DNA from: Urbifossiella limnaea
GTDB taxonomy: Bacteria; Planctomycetota; Planctomycetia; Gemmatales; Gemmataceae
DNA length: 64,000 bases
Direction of reading: 5' to 3'
Assembly (NCBI RefSeq): GCF_007747215.1
Contig: NZ_CP036273.1
Location: forward strand, 1,160,322 to 1,224,321
In this document: piece after piece, positions 1 through 9,181 of the stretch
How the letters are laid out: every line of letters starts with the position of its first letter
Position numbering within the stretch: position 1 is the first letter of the stretch
Notes under the pieces: model-generated
What the model was told of the DNA's origin: nothing
Databases searched by the model: none
The model's input: the letters and a program-made list of their open reading frames with translations, nothing else
Translations under genes and position numbers: made by a program

Positions 1-1
1 G

Positions 2-118
2 GACGGGCTGCGGCTGTCGTTCACGCTCCCGGCCGGGAGCTACGCCACGGTGCTGCTCCGTGAGGTGATGAAGGCGCGTGTGGACGACGCCGACGACGAG
101 CCGACCGAGGAGGAGTAA
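2..118 (+). CDS. truD: tRNA pseudouridine(13) synthase TruD, C-terminal end (gene starts upstream of window)
   Basis: Frame 2 translates to ...DGLRLSFTLPAGSYATVLLREVMKARVDDADDEPTEEE*, which matches the conserved TruD C-terminus (LSFxLPAGSYAT). Stop TAA at 116-118. Confidence 0.6.
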   Translation, partial: DGLRLSFTLPAGSYATVLLREVMKARVDDADDEPTEEE

Positions 119-120
119 GG

Positions 121-966
121 GTGCCCCTCCCCGATTTACGGATCGCGCAAGCGCTGCTCGTGGTCAGCCCCCGCGAGGTGCGCGTCGCGGCTCAGTCGGA
201 CGACCTCGACGCCGCCGAGGCCGAGCGGATCGCGGTGCTGTTCGGCATCCCGCCGTCGGGCGTCGCGTTTCCGCTGGCGCACTTCGCGCAGCCGTTCGGC
301 CGCCGGCACGTTGCCGTCGTGCAGGTCACCGACCCGCCCGGCACGCCGGAGTGGACGTTCCGCTTTCTGGTGCTGTCCGCCGACCTGTACCGGCACCTCG
401 GCGACCCGTTCGCCGTCGCCGACCGCTTCCCGCCGGACTGGTCGGTCCGCGGCCCGCTGCCGGTGCTGGAGTGGCCGCCCGAGCCGCTGCCGCCGCGCAC
501 CACCACTGAGTTGCAAGACGTGCTGAAGGCGTGCGACCCCGCGACCGAGGAAATGGCCCTGCTGCTGGGGAGCACGCAGGTGCTGGTGGACGGCGGCCGC
601 GTGCAGCTGCTGCGGCCCGAGCCGGCGGAGCGGTTCCTGCGCGCGCTGTGGAAGTTGCTGCCGCACAAGGCCCGCGCCGGGCTGTGGCCGGCGTCGTTCG
701 TGTTCGGCCCCGGGCTGCACTTCGACGCGGCCGTGCGGCCGATGCTGTGGCCGGGCGAGGCCGGCGTGCGGCTCACCGAAGACGGGCTGAAGGGGTACCC
801 GCAGGGGAACTACGAGTCGCGGTTGCAGGCCGCCGTGGAAGCGGGCGACGACCGCGAGCTGGCGGCGCTGCTGGCCCGCCGCACCGGCGACGACACCCTC
901 CGCATCGGGCTGACGATCATCGCCGCGGCGCTGCTCGCGGCGGTGGCTTTCAAGGTCCTGGGATAG
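121..966 (+). CDS. hypothetical protein with C-terminal TM helix; translationally coupled to truD
   Basis: GTG start 3 bp after the truD stop, with GAGGAGGAG just upstream. GC3 is strongly biased over all 281 codons. C-terminal hydrophobic segment LTIIAAALLAAVAF. Confidence 0.6.
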   Translation: MPLPDLRIAQALLVVSPREVRVAAQSDDLDAAEAERIAVLFGIPPSGVAFPLAHFAQPFGRRHVAVVQVTDPPGTPEWTFRFLVLSADLYRHLGDPFAVADRFPPDWSVRGPLPVLEWPPEPLPPRTTTELQDVLKACDPATEEMALLLGSTQVLVDGGRVQLLRPEPAERFLRALWKLLPHKARAGLWPASFVFGPGLHFDAAVRPMLWPGEAGVRLTEDGLKGYPQGNYESRLQAAVEAGDDRELAALLARRTGDDTLRIGLTIIAAALLAAVAFKVLG

Positions 967-1007
967 CGGAAAGGTCGTAGCTTGAAGCCTGGAGCCGGGC
1001 CGGCGCG

Positions 1008-1170
1008 GGGTTTCAGGCCGAAGGCCTGACAGCCCTCAGCCCAGGGCAAGGGAGCGTCAGCGACCGCCGCCCTGGGTAGGGGGGCAGATCACCGTGCGTG
1101 CGAACCCAGGGCGGCGGCCCTTCGGGCCTTGCCCTGGGCTGAGGGCTCTCACCCCTTCGGGGTGAAAACC
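1008..1170. repeat. nested palindromic repeat element, family 1, copy A (about 163 bp)
   Basis: The 41-bp arm GGTTTCAGGCCGAAGGCCTGACAGCCCTCAGCCCAGGGCAA has an inverted partner at the right end. Inner IR CGCCGCCCTGGGT/ACCCAGGGCGGCG. Each arm carries a mini-hairpin CAGGCC-GAA-GGCCTG. A second copy is at 26064-26266. Confidence 0.7.
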
Positions 1171-1220
1171 AAGCCGGGGTCCGCCACCAGCTACGAGCTA
1201 CCCACTACCGGCGATTCTCG

Positions 1221-1817
1221 ATGCCCACCGACGAGCGCGTCCTGGTGATCCCCGCGGCGCACCTCCGCGCCGCGGGCGCGTTCACCGGCTTCCGCCCCGC
1301 CGACGCCGCCTTCGGCGCCGCGCTGCTGAGCCCCGCCGCGTTCGCGTTCCGCCCGCGCTCGCAGGTCGAAACCGACCCGTCGGTCCTGCAACTCATCCCG
1401 TACGTCGTCCTCCGCTGCGGCGACCGCGTGTTCCACTACCGCCGCGGCGCCGCCGGCACCGAGACGCGCCTGGCGGCGCTCCGCTCGGTCGGCGTCGGCG
1501 GGCACATTTCCGAGGCCGACGCCGCCGGCGGCGACGACCCCTACCGCACCGGGATGCTCCGCGAACTGACCGAGGAAGTGGCCATCGGCTGCGGCCACGC
1601 CGAGCGGCCGCTCGGGTTCATCTTCGACCCCACGACGCCGGTCGGGGCCGTCCACCTGGGCGTGGTCCACGTGTTCGAGCTGGACGCGCCCACCGCCCGG
1701 CCGCGCGAGGCGGCGCTGGCCGACGCCGGGTTCGCGCCGCTGGCGGACCTCGCGGCCGACCGCGGCGGCTTCGAGACGTGGTCGCAGCTGGTGCTGGACG
1801 AGCTGGGCCGGTTGTAA
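1221..1817 (+). CDS. NUDIX-like hydrolase (tentative)
   Basis: ATG start. Segment GGHISEAD...GMLRELTEEVAIG resembles the Nudix box G-x5-E-x7-REUxEExGU. High GC3. Confidence 0.5.
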   Translation: MPTDERVLVIPAAHLRAAGAFTGFRPADAAFGAALLSPAAFAFRPRSQVETDPSVLQLIPYVVLRCGDRVFHYRRGAAGTETRLAALRSVGVGGHISEADAAGGDDPYRTGMLRELTEEVAIGCGHAERPLGFIFDPTTPVGAVHLGVVHVFELDAPTARPREAALADAGFAPLADLAADRGGFETWSQLVLDELGRL

Positions 1818-1904
1818 CGATTTTCCCGCTCCGCCCTCCCCGGCCCGCGGCGGGCGGCGCATAATCGCCTCTGCCCCCGGCCCCCCACCCACGGAGTTCC
1901 CGCC

Positions 1905-2489
1905 ATGAGGAAGCTGTTCGCCGCCCTCGGCCTCGCCGCCGCCGCCGCCGCGCTCACCAGCTCGGTCGCCGCCCAGGGCGACAAGGCCGACGCCCAGCCG
2001 AAGATCATCGTGCCGTACGTGCCGACGCACCCGAAGGTGGTGGAGGCGATGCTGAAGACGGCCGCGGTGAAGGAGGGCGAGACGGTGTACGACCTGGGCT
2101 GCGGCGACGGCCGGATCGTCATCGCCGCGGTGAAGGACTTCAAGGCGAAGAAGGGGCTCGGCATCGACTTCAACCCGGAGCGGCTGAAGGACTGCGAGAA
2201 GAGCATGGCCGACGCCAAGCTGACGGACGACCAGAAGAAGGCGATGACGTTCAAGAAGGGCGACGTGCTGCAGATGAAGGCCGACGACTTCAAGGGCGTG
2301 GACGTGGTGACGCTGTACCTGCTGCCGTCGGTCAACCGGGAGCTGAAGCCGGTGCTCAAGGCCGGGCTGAAGAAGGGCGCCCGGGTGGTCAGCCACGACT
2401 TCGACATGGGCGACGACTGGATGCCCGAGAAGACCATGCAGGTGGAGGCCGACCGGCAGCACACCGTGTACCTGTGGACGATCAAGTGA
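1905..2489 (+). CDS. class I SAM-dependent methyltransferase with N-terminal signal peptide
   Basis: Signal peptide MRKLFAALGLAAAAAALTSSVAAQ. Motif I VYDLGCGDGRIV. GGAG SD. K-rich with locally lower GC. Confidence 0.65.
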   Translation: MRKLFAALGLAAAAAALTSSVAAQGDKADAQPKIIVPYVPTHPKVVEAMLKTAAVKEGETVYDLGCGDGRIVIAAVKDFKAKKGLGIDFNPERLKDCEKSMADAKLTDDQKKAMTFKKGDVLQMKADDFKGVDVVTLYLLPSVNRELKPVLKAGLKKGARVVSHDFDMGDDWMPEKTMQVEADRQHTVYLWTIK

Positions 2490-2590
2490 CAGCGGGCTGT
2501 CACCGCGAAAGCCCGGGGGCGACCCCGGGCTTTCGTCGTTCACGGCGCCTAGAATAAGCCACCCACGCCTTCCCACGGAACGGAACCGAC

Positions 2591-4177
2591 ATGCCGACCG
2601 AGTACGACGCGATCATCATCGGCGCCGGGCACAACGGCCTCACCACCGCCGCGTACCTCGCCCGCGCCGGCTACAAGGTGCTCGTCCTCGAGCGCCGCGA
2701 CATCCTCGGCGGCTGCTGCATCACGGAAGAAATCTGGCCCGGGTACAAGGTGTCCACCGCGGCGTACGTCAACAGCCTGCTGCGGCCCCAGATCATCCGC
2801 GACCTGGAGCTGAAGAAGTACGGGTTCGAGATGCTGCCGCGCAGCCCGTCCTCGTTCACCCCGTTCCCCGACGGCCGCTACCTGATGATGGGGCCGGACA
2901 AGGACATGACCCGCCGCGAGATCGCCAAGTTCAGCACCAAGGACGCCGAGGCGTACCCCAAGTACGAGGCCATGCTGGAGAAGGTGGCCGACTTCCTCGA
3001 ACCGCTCCTCGAACAGACGGCGCCCGACCCGTTCAGCAACCGCCTCGGCGACCTGTGGAGCGTCGCCAAGACCGGCTTCGGCTTCCGCGGCCTCGGCCGC
3101 GACGTGGCCACCGACGCCGTCGAAATCCTCACCGGCGCCGCCCGCCCGATCCTCGACCGCTGGTTCGAGTCGGAGCAGCTGAAGGCCACGATCGCCACCG
3201 ACGCCGTCATCGGCGCCTTCGCGCCGCCGAGCCACCCGGGCACGGCGTACGTGCTGTTCCACCACGTCATGGGCGAGTGCAACGGCGTCCGCGGCGTGTG
3301 GGGCTACGTCAAGGGCGGCATGGGCACCATCTCCAACAGCATCGCGCAGGCGGCCCAGGCGAAGGGCGCGACGATCCGCAAGAACAGCGAGGTCGGCAAG
3401 ATTCTGGTGAAGGGCGGCAAGGCGGTCGGCGTCGCCCTCAAGGACGGCACCGAGTTCCGCGCCCCGCGAGTCATCAGCTGCGCCGACGCCAACGTGACGT
3501 TCGTGAAGCTGATGGACGCCTCCGACCTGCCGGCCGAGTTCCTGGCGCGGGTGAAGGCGATCGACTACTCCTCGGCGACGGTGAAGATCAACGTGGCGCT
3601 GTCGGAGCCGCCGCAGTTCACGGCGCTGCCGGGGAAGGGCGTCGGCCCGCAGCACCACGGCACGATGCACGTGTGCCCCGACCAGGACTACATCGAGCGC
3701 GCCTACGACGACGCCAAGTACGGCCGCCCGGCCCGCGACCCGATGCTCGAGTGCACGATGGCGACGGCGCTCGACGACACGCTGGCCCCGCCGGGGAAGC
3801 ACATCCTGAGCATGTTCGTGCAGTACGCCCCGTACCACCTCAAGGGCACGACGTGGGACCAGGAGCGGGACAAGTTCGCCGACCGCTGCTTCGACGTGCT
3901 GAACGAGTACGCGCCGAACTTCAAGGCGAGCGTGATCGACCGGGTGGTGTACGCGCCGCCGGACATGGAGAAGGCGTGGGGCATCACCGGCGGGAACATC
4001 ATGCAGGGGGCGATGAGCCTGTCGAGCATGGCGAGCTTCCGGCCGGTGGCGGGGTACGCCAACTACCGGACGCCGGTGCGCGGGCTGTACATGTGCGGCG
4101 CGGCGACGCACCCCGGCGGTGGCGTCATGGGCGCGTGCGGGCTCAACGCGGCGCGCGAGATTCTGAAGGACGGCTGA
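2591..4177 (+). CDS. FAD/NAD(P)-dependent oxidoreductase, phytoene desaturase (CrtI-like, COG1233) family
   Basis: N-terminal Rossmann motif YDAIIIGAGHNGLTTAAYLARAGYKVLVLERR. 528 aa collinear with the CrtI-like family. Confidence 0.8.
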   Translation: MPTEYDAIIIGAGHNGLTTAAYLARAGYKVLVLERRDILGGCCITEEIWPGYKVSTAAYVNSLLRPQIIRDLELKKYGFEMLPRSPSSFTPFPDGRYLMMGPDKDMTRREIAKFSTKDAEAYPKYEAMLEKVADFLEPLLEQTAPDPFSNRLGDLWSVAKTGFGFRGLGRDVATDAVEILTGAARPILDRWFESEQLKATIATDAVIGAFAPPSHPGTAYVLFHHVMGECNGVRGVWGYVKGGMGTISNSIAQAAQAKGATIRKNSEVGKILVKGGKAVGVALKDGTEFRAPRVISCADANVTFVKLMDASDLPAEFLARVKAIDYSSATVKINVALSEPPQFTALPGKGVGPQHHGTMHVCPDQDYIERAYDDAKYGRPARDPMLECTMATALDDTLAPPGKHILSMFVQYAPYHLKGTTWDQERDKFADRCFDVLNEYAPNFKASVIDRVVYAPPDMEKAWGITGGNIMQGAMSLSSMASFRPVAGYANYRTPVRGLYMCGAATHPGGGVMGACGLNAAREILKDG

Positions 4178-4223
4178 GGCCGCTTGCGGCGGGGTGTGCC
4201 TACGGATTGAGGCCTGACGCGCG

Positions 4224-4288
4224 TTAGGCCGGGGCGCAAGCCCCGTCGGGAGTTTGAACCCACGACGGGGCTTGCGCCCCGGCCTAAC
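4224..4288. repeat. palindromic hairpin repeat, family 2, copy A
   Basis: TTAGGCCGGGGCGCAAGCCCCGTCGGG...CCCGACGGGGCTTGCGCCCCGGCCTAA. Arms contain GGGGC-GCAA-GCCCC (a GNRA-type tetraloop). Second copy at 49692-49766. Confidence 0.65.
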
Positions 4289-4383
4289 AGCTTGGCTGAC
4301 TTCCGCAGGGGCATCCACGGCTGACCCCGGCTTGACCCGCCCCCCGGGCTTCGCTATCTCCCGGCGGTCCCCGGGAGTAGCCC

Positions 4384-5712
4384 ATGCCCCGCGCCCTCCT
4401 CGTGCTCCTCCTCGCCGCCGCGGCCGCCCCGGCGGCCGAGCCCGCGTTCGCCCCCGTCGCCCCGGCCCCGCCGGACGCGCTCCGCGACACGCTGAAGCAG
4501 ATGAAGGCGCGCCGCGCCACCCTCGACCGCCTCGCCGGCCCGCACGAGCCGTTCGACCTCACGTACCTGCCGCGCCCCGCCGCCGACGTGCAGGCGCTGC
4601 TCGCGCTGCGGCCGAACATTCTGCTGGCGCACCCGGACCTCGCCGGCGGCGGGGCGTGGCTCGACAACGTCGGCGCCCTCCTCGTCCGCATGGGCGGCGG
4701 CGCCTCCGCCGGCCCCGGGCTCGACGGCCTCGACCAGCTCCTCGTCGTCGGCAACGCCACGATCGCCCCCAAGCCCGACGCCGGCGACGGCAAGACGGCG
4801 ATGTTCTACTTCGCCTTCAACTCGTTCGTCGCCCGCGCCGCCCGGCCGATCGACTGGGCCGCGGCCGTGCGCACCTGGTTCCCGGCGTCCGAAGTGCGCG
4901 TCCACCGCGGGTACGGCTACCGCGTCATCCGCCTCAACTTCGGCGGCATGGTCCCGGGCCTGCCGACCGACGGCACCGAGGCCGTGCTGTTCCCCGCGCC
5001 CGACGGCCGCACGCTCGTCGCCGACGACGAGCCGACCATCAAGGCGCTGATCGAGCGGCTGGCCGAGCGCCGGCCGACGCCGCCCCCGCCGGGCTGGGAC
5101 CGCGTGGACACGGCGGCGGTCGCGGCGGCGGTGAGCAACCGCGACAAGCAGTGGGTGTGCCACCAGCCGGCGGCGTGGGGGCCGGAGCTGCCGGGGCCGG
5201 GGAGCCGGCTGTTTCGCGCCGCCGACCACCTCGCCGCCGGCATCGACGTCGGCCCGACCACGCGGGTGCGCTTCGTGGCGCTGGCGCCGACGCAGTTCCA
5301 GGCGAAGCACGTGCAGCTGGGCCGGCGCGACATGATGGAGCGGCTGGCCGACCGCTTTGCCCCCGGCCCCGGCGACACCCCCGACGCTGCCTGGGCTGCC
5401 CTGGCCGAGCTGACCGACGCGCTGCTGAAGGGCGGCCAGACGACGCCGACGCCGCTCGGCTTCGGGTACGCGGCGGAGGCGAAGGGCGACCTGCTCGGGC
5501 TGCTGGTGAAGGCGTCGAAGTCGAAGGCGCCGGCGGGCACGGCCTCGGCCGCGGCGGCGCTGCCAGGGTTCACCGCGGCCCCGGCCCCGCCCCCGCCCCC
5601 GCCCGCCGTCGACCCGGCCGTGGACCCGCTGCTGGCCGACGACATCCCGCGGACGCGCAGCCCGATCCCCGGCGACGGGGGGATTCCAGGGTACGTCCGG
5701 CCCGCCCGGTGA
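4384..5712 (+). CDS. secreted hypothetical protein (signal peptide, Pro-rich C-terminus)
   Basis: ATG preceded by GGGAG. Signal peptide MPRALLVLLLAAAAAPAAEP. Consistent GC3 bias over 442 codons. Confidence 0.6.
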   Translation: MPRALLVLLLAAAAAPAAEPAFAPVAPAPPDALRDTLKQMKARRATLDRLAGPHEPFDLTYLPRPAADVQALLALRPNILLAHPDLAGGGAWLDNVGALLVRMGGGASAGPGLDGLDQLLVVGNATIAPKPDAGDGKTAMFYFAFNSFVARAARPIDWAAAVRTWFPASEVRVHRGYGYRVIRLNFGGMVPGLPTDGTEAVLFPAPDGRTLVADDEPTIKALIERLAERRPTPPPPGWDRVDTAAVAAAVSNRDKQWVCHQPAAWGPELPGPGSRLFRAADHLAAGIDVGPTTRVRFVALAPTQFQAKHVQLGRRDMMERLADRFAPGPGDTPDAAWAALAELTDALLKGGQTTPTPLGFGYAAEAKGDLLGLLVKASKSKAPAGTASAAAALPGFTAAPAPPPPPPAVDPAVDPLLADDIPRTRSPIPGDGGIPGYVRPAR

Positions 5713-6308
5713 CGGCCGCGCAGCTGACCCCGGCCGACGCCCCCGCCGCCGCGCGCACGCTGGCGGCGGCGTTCGCCGGTTACCCCCTCCTGCGGGCGGT
5801 CGCGCCGCACAACTCCCCCGCGGTCGAAGCCTTCTGCGGGATGCTCGTCCGCTACACGGCCGCGCTCGGCACCGCCTTCGCCACGGCCGACGGCGCCGCG
5901 GTGGCGTGCTGGCTGCCGCCGGATCACCCGACGCTGACCGCGCGCGGCCTCCTTCGCGCCGGCGTGCTCCCGCTGGCATGGCACCTCGGGCCGGCCGGCG
6001 GCGTGCGGCTGCTGCGGCTCGACCGGCAGTTCGACCGGGCGCGGCGAAGTCACGTCCCGGGGCCGCACTGGTACCTGCTGTTGCTCGGCGTCGCCCCGCA
6101 CGCCCGCCGGCAAGGCCTGGCCCGCGCCGCGGTCGGGCCGGGCCTCGCCGCCGCCGACCGCGCCGGCCTGCCGTGCTACCTGGAGACGCAGGACGCGGCG
6201 AACGTGCCGGCCTACGAGCGGCTGGGGTTCGCGCTCGTGGGCCGCCGCCGCGTCGCCGGCGGGCTGGGGAGCTGGGAGATGAGGCGGGCCGCCGGCCACG
6301 ACGGGTGA
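5709..6308 (+). CDS. GNAT family N-acetyltransferase
   Basis: GTG start overlaps the upstream stop (GTGA). C-terminal half shows a GNAT fold signature (HWYLLLLGVAPHARRQGLARA...GLPCYLETQDAANVPAYERLGF). Confidence 0.6.
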   Translation: MTAAQLTPADAPAAARTLAAAFAGYPLLRAVAPHNSPAVEAFCGMLVRYTAALGTAFATADGAAVACWLPPDHPTLTARGLLRAGVLPLAWHLGPAGGVRLLRLDRQFDRARRSHVPGPHWYLLLLGVAPHARRQGLARAAVGPGLAAADRAGLPCYLETQDAANVPAYERLGFALVGRRRVAGGLGSWEMRRAAGHDG

Positions 6309-6450
6309 CGCGGGCTCGGCCATCACCGACGACCCCGCCGCCCCGCGGGGCGACGAGTGCCCGGAACACGTCCGCGGCGATCCCGGCCGCAAGGGTTCGG
6401 ACGCTGCCGTCGAACGGGGCAACGGGAAGGCCGGCGGCGGCAAGTCCCGC

Positions 6451-7236
6451 TCAGCCGCAGGCCCAGCCGAAGGCGACGACGTCCTTGTGTTCGGGGCACT
6501 GGGTGACGTGCCCACACCCCGCGTCCCCGAACATGAACGGCACGTGGCCCTCCGAGTCGAGCTGGAAGACGAGCGCCATCCGCCGCGCGCACCGGGGGCA
6601 GGCCGGGTACTCCGCCCCCTGCACCCAGTACGGCCACCCGCCGAGCTTGTCCCCGGGGGCGGCGGTGGCGATCTGCTCCGCCGGGCACGCGTTGATCGGG
6701 CCGGTGTGGTCGAGCCCCACCTCGGGGCACTCGAACCGGAGCGTGCCCGCCTTGAAGTCGTAGGTGTACGTCAGGCCGTTGTCGTCGTGGTCCTGCGGGC
6801 CGGGCAGGTCGTCGAGCCGGGTCCAGCCGACGATCCGCTTCGCCGGGAACGCGGGGGCTTCGGGCGCCGGCGTCGCCGGGCCGCCGCCGCCCGGATGCAC
6901 GACCCGGACCCGGCTCAGGTCGTCGGCGAACGGCGCCCACCCGCCGGCCCCCTGGCACTCCTCGCGCGTGCAGTAGAAGAGTTGCAGCAGCCCGGTGCCG
7001 AACGGCCGGCCGAGTTCGTCGGGCAGGTCGTCCAGGTCGAGCTGGAGGAACGGCTGGAGCGGGCGGCGGCACAGCCCGCAGTCGGGCCACGGGGCGTCCG
7101 GTCCGGTCCAGGGCGTGCCGCAGAATTTGGAGGCCGTCGCCGGGCCGTCGCCGGCCTCGACGACCGGCGTCCAGGCCGGCCGCCGGTTCCTCGCCCGCCA
7201 CGGCTCCAGCGTCGCCACGATCTCGTCGGCCTGCAT
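6451..7236 (-). CDS. DUF1963 (YwqG-like) domain protein
   Basis: GWPYWVQGAEYPACPRCARRMALVFQLDS...MFGDAGCGHVTQCPEH matches the DUF1963 signature. Confidence 0.6.
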   Translation of the reverse strand: MQADEIVATLEPWRARNRRPAWTPVVEAGDGPATASKFCGTPWTGPDAPWPDCGLCRRPLQPFLQLDLDDLPDELGRPFGTGLLQLFYCTREECQGAGGWAPFADDLSRVRVVHPGGGGPATPAPEAPAFPAKRIVGWTRLDDLPGPQDHDDNGLTYTYDFKAGTLRFECPEVGLDHTGPINACPAEQIATAAPGDKLGGWPYWVQGAEYPACPRCARRMALVFQLDSEGHVPFMFGDAGCGHVTQCPEHKDVVAFGWACG

Positions 7237-7335
7237 GGTTCTACCTGCGTCCGCCTCGTGGATCGCCGCAGGGACACGTACCGCCCCGGGCTACAATCAC
7301 CCGCTACCTGTACCACACCGACCCGGGGCACACCA

Positions 7336-7950
7336 GTGGGCGACCCGCACACCTTCGCGGCCGACGTCTTCCGCGCTGTCTGCGCCGGACTCGCCGACAA
7401 GGCCGCCGACCTGCACCTCCTCGTCGCGGCCGACGCCCCGTTCGGCGGGTGGCTGGAGGGGGAGGCGTTCCTGGCGTGCCGCCGCCGGCAAGCCGAGCAC
7501 GGGTGGTGCGAGGTGGCGGCCCGGCCGACGTACGGCAGCGAGGGGGTGGCGGGGGCCGACGGCCGGCCGTCGGCGGCCTGCGGCGGCCTGCGGGTCGGCG
7601 GGTCCGGCGAGCCGGGCGACCACTGCTGGCTGTTCGCCGAGGTCGTGCTGTTGCTCGACGGCGACGGCCGGGTCGAGGAGTGGCGGGCGCGGACGGAAGC
7701 GGCCGCCGCCCGGCTGCTACAACTCGGGTGGAAGCGGTCGGCGTCGGTGCTGGTCGTCGTCGCCGCCGGCCGGGGGGACGTGCCGACCGACTGGGCGGAC
7801 GACCTGGCCAGGCTGGCGGCGTGGAACCGGCCCGGCCTCGCGGACCCGGTCGTGCTCGTGCTGCCGGGCGGCGGGTCGGTGGCCGTGCGGGCGGTCGACG
7901 TGAAGCGCGACCCGGCCCACACACTCACGGCGGTCGGCGGACCGGGTTAA
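7336..7950 (+). CDS. hypothetical protein
   Basis: GTG start with high-GC3 frame (VGDPHTFAADVFRAVCAGLADKAADLHLLVAADAPFGGW...). Start uncertain and no recognisable domain. Confidence 0.35.
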   Translation: MGDPHTFAADVFRAVCAGLADKAADLHLLVAADAPFGGWLEGEAFLACRRRQAEHGWCEVAARPTYGSEGVAGADGRPSAACGGLRVGGSGEPGDHCWLFAEVVLLLDGDGRVEEWRARTEAAAARLLQLGWKRSASVLVVVAAGRGDVPTDWADDLARLAAWNRPGLADPVVLVLPGGGSVAVRAVDVKRDPAHTLTAVGGPG

Positions 7951-7995
7951 CGGTCGGGGCACCGCTCGCCGGGGACCAGCCAACCGGGCGAATCC

Positions 7996-8472
7996 CTAAC
8001 GCGACTTCCGTTTCCCCGACCGCTTCGGGGGCATCGGGCTGTCGGGGATCACGACCGGCCGGGGGTGCAACTCCTGGTAGCCCTCGGCCTCCTTCGCGGC
8101 GACGGCCCGGTGGTACGCGGCGACGGCCCGGTCGCGGTCCCGGTACTCCCGCTCCCCGCCCTCCCCCGACGCCTCCCGCCAGTCCGCCCGGACCTTGCCG
8201 AACCGGGTGCGGACGGCGGCCCCGTCGAGCGCGACGACCCAGAACATCCCGTCGGCCACGAACACCCGCCGGGTCAGCGAGCGGTCCGTCTCGGCGAACC
8301 CCTCGGCCAGCTTCTCCGCCACCGCCGCCTCGAACTCGGCGTGGCGCGTGAGGACGTGCTCCACCACGCGGCCCGCGTCCGTGACCCGGTGGCCGAAGCC
8401 GGCGGGCTGGTCGAGGAAGATCACCTTGCACGCGTACGGCGGGTCGCCGCCGACGAGTTCGCGGACCAGCAC
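7996..8472 (-). CDS. WGR-like domain protein (tentative)
   Basis: C-terminal FWVVALDGAAVRTRFGKV...REYRDRDRAVAAYHRAVAAKEAEGYQEL resembles the WGR domain (W..GR.G...KGY). Confidence 0.5.
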   Translation of the reverse strand: MLVRELVGGDPPYACKVIFLDQPAGFGHRVTDAGRVVEHVLTRHAEFEAAVAEKLAEGFAETDRSLTRRVFVADGMFWVVALDGAAVRTRFGKVRADWREASGEGGEREYRDRDRAVAAYHRAVAAKEAEGYQELHPRPVVIPDSPMPPKRSGKRKSR

Positions 8473-8611
8473 GTCACGTCCTTTCCGCCTGCGGGTGCCG
8501 ATGTCTCGGCCCTTCAGACGAGTCTATGAGTCTATTGAGCCGGACGGCCCGACGCCCGACCCACAGGCGCCGGCACCTATACTGCGAGGACACTGAACCG
8601 GGGGGAGTGCC

Positions 8612-9181
8612 GTGAGCGATTCGGACGGGCCGGCCGTGATCGCCGCGACCCGGCGGTGGGTGGCCACGATGGTGGTCGGGCTGAACCTGTGCCCGTTCGC
8701 CCGCCGCGTGACCGACGCCGGGCGGCTCCGGTACGCGGTCACGGACGCCGGGGACGAGGAGGGGCTACTCGCGGCCCTCGGCGCGGAGCTGGCGGGGCTG
8801 GTGGCGGCCCCGCGGGAGGCGGTCGAGACGACGCTGCTGATCCACCCCCGCGCGTTCCCGGCCTTCGCGGACTTCAACGACTTCCTGCACGAGGCCGACC
8901 GGCTGGTCCGCCGCCTCGGGCTGGCCGGGGTCGTTCAGGTGGTCGGGTTCCACCCGGGCTTTCAGTTCGCCGGCGCGGCCCCCGACGCCCCCGAGAACTA
9001 CACCAACCGGTCCCCGCACCCGATGCTCCACCTCCTCCGGGAGGAGAGCATCACCGAGGTGGCGGGCGACGCGGACGCGCTGGCCGCGATCCCCGGGCGG
9101 AACACCGCGACCCTCCGGGCCCTGGGCCGGGCGGGAATCCTGTCGCTCCTCGGGCCGGCCGCCGACGAGCCGCCGGCGTGA
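8612..9181 (+). CDS. DUF1415 domain protein
   Basis: GTG start with GGGGGAG SD. VVGLNLCPFARRV motif typical of DUF1415. Confidence 0.6.
   Translation: MSDSDGPAVIAATRRWVATMVVGLNLCPFARRVTDAGRLRYAVTDAGDEEGLLAALGAELAGLVAAPREAVETTLLIHPRAFPAFADFNDFLHEADRLVRRLGLAGVVQVVGFHPGFQFAGAAPDAPENYTNRSPHPMLHLLREESITEVAGDADALAAIPGRNTATLRALGRAGILSLLGPAADEPPA

Noticed and set aside
1191-2576. 461-aa and 320-aa minus-strand ORFs spanning the NUDIX-like and methyltransferase genes
   Set aside because: Products are Arg/Gly/Pro low-complexity with no motifs. They overlap recognisable plus-strand genes with proper SD and start context. This is a typical stop-poor antisense artefact at about 70% GC.
4240-4275. tRNA-like T-arm (GGGAGTTTGAACCCA) inside the family-2 hairpin
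   Set aside because: No acceptor, D or anticodon arms. The loop is 15 nt, and the second copy has an unrelated loop, so the resemblance is coincidental.
2549-4318. 589-aa minus-strand ORF antisense to the CrtI-like oxidoreductase
   Set aside because: No domain signature. The opposite strand encodes a clean Rossmann-fold protein.
4254-6308. 684-aa plus-strand ORF
   Set aside because: Only the last 200 codons (from GTG 5709) form a GNAT protein with good GC3. The upstream part is out of frame with the real 4384-5712 gene.
4354-6515. 671-aa and 532-aa minus-strand ORFs
   Set aside because: Arg/Pro/Gly-rich junk translations antisense to two convincing plus-strand genes.
6487-7950. 487-aa plus-strand ORF and overlapping 337-aa/206-aa minus ORFs
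   Set aside because: Antisense or out of phase with the DUF1963 gene. Only 7336-7950 shows a coding-like GC3 pattern.
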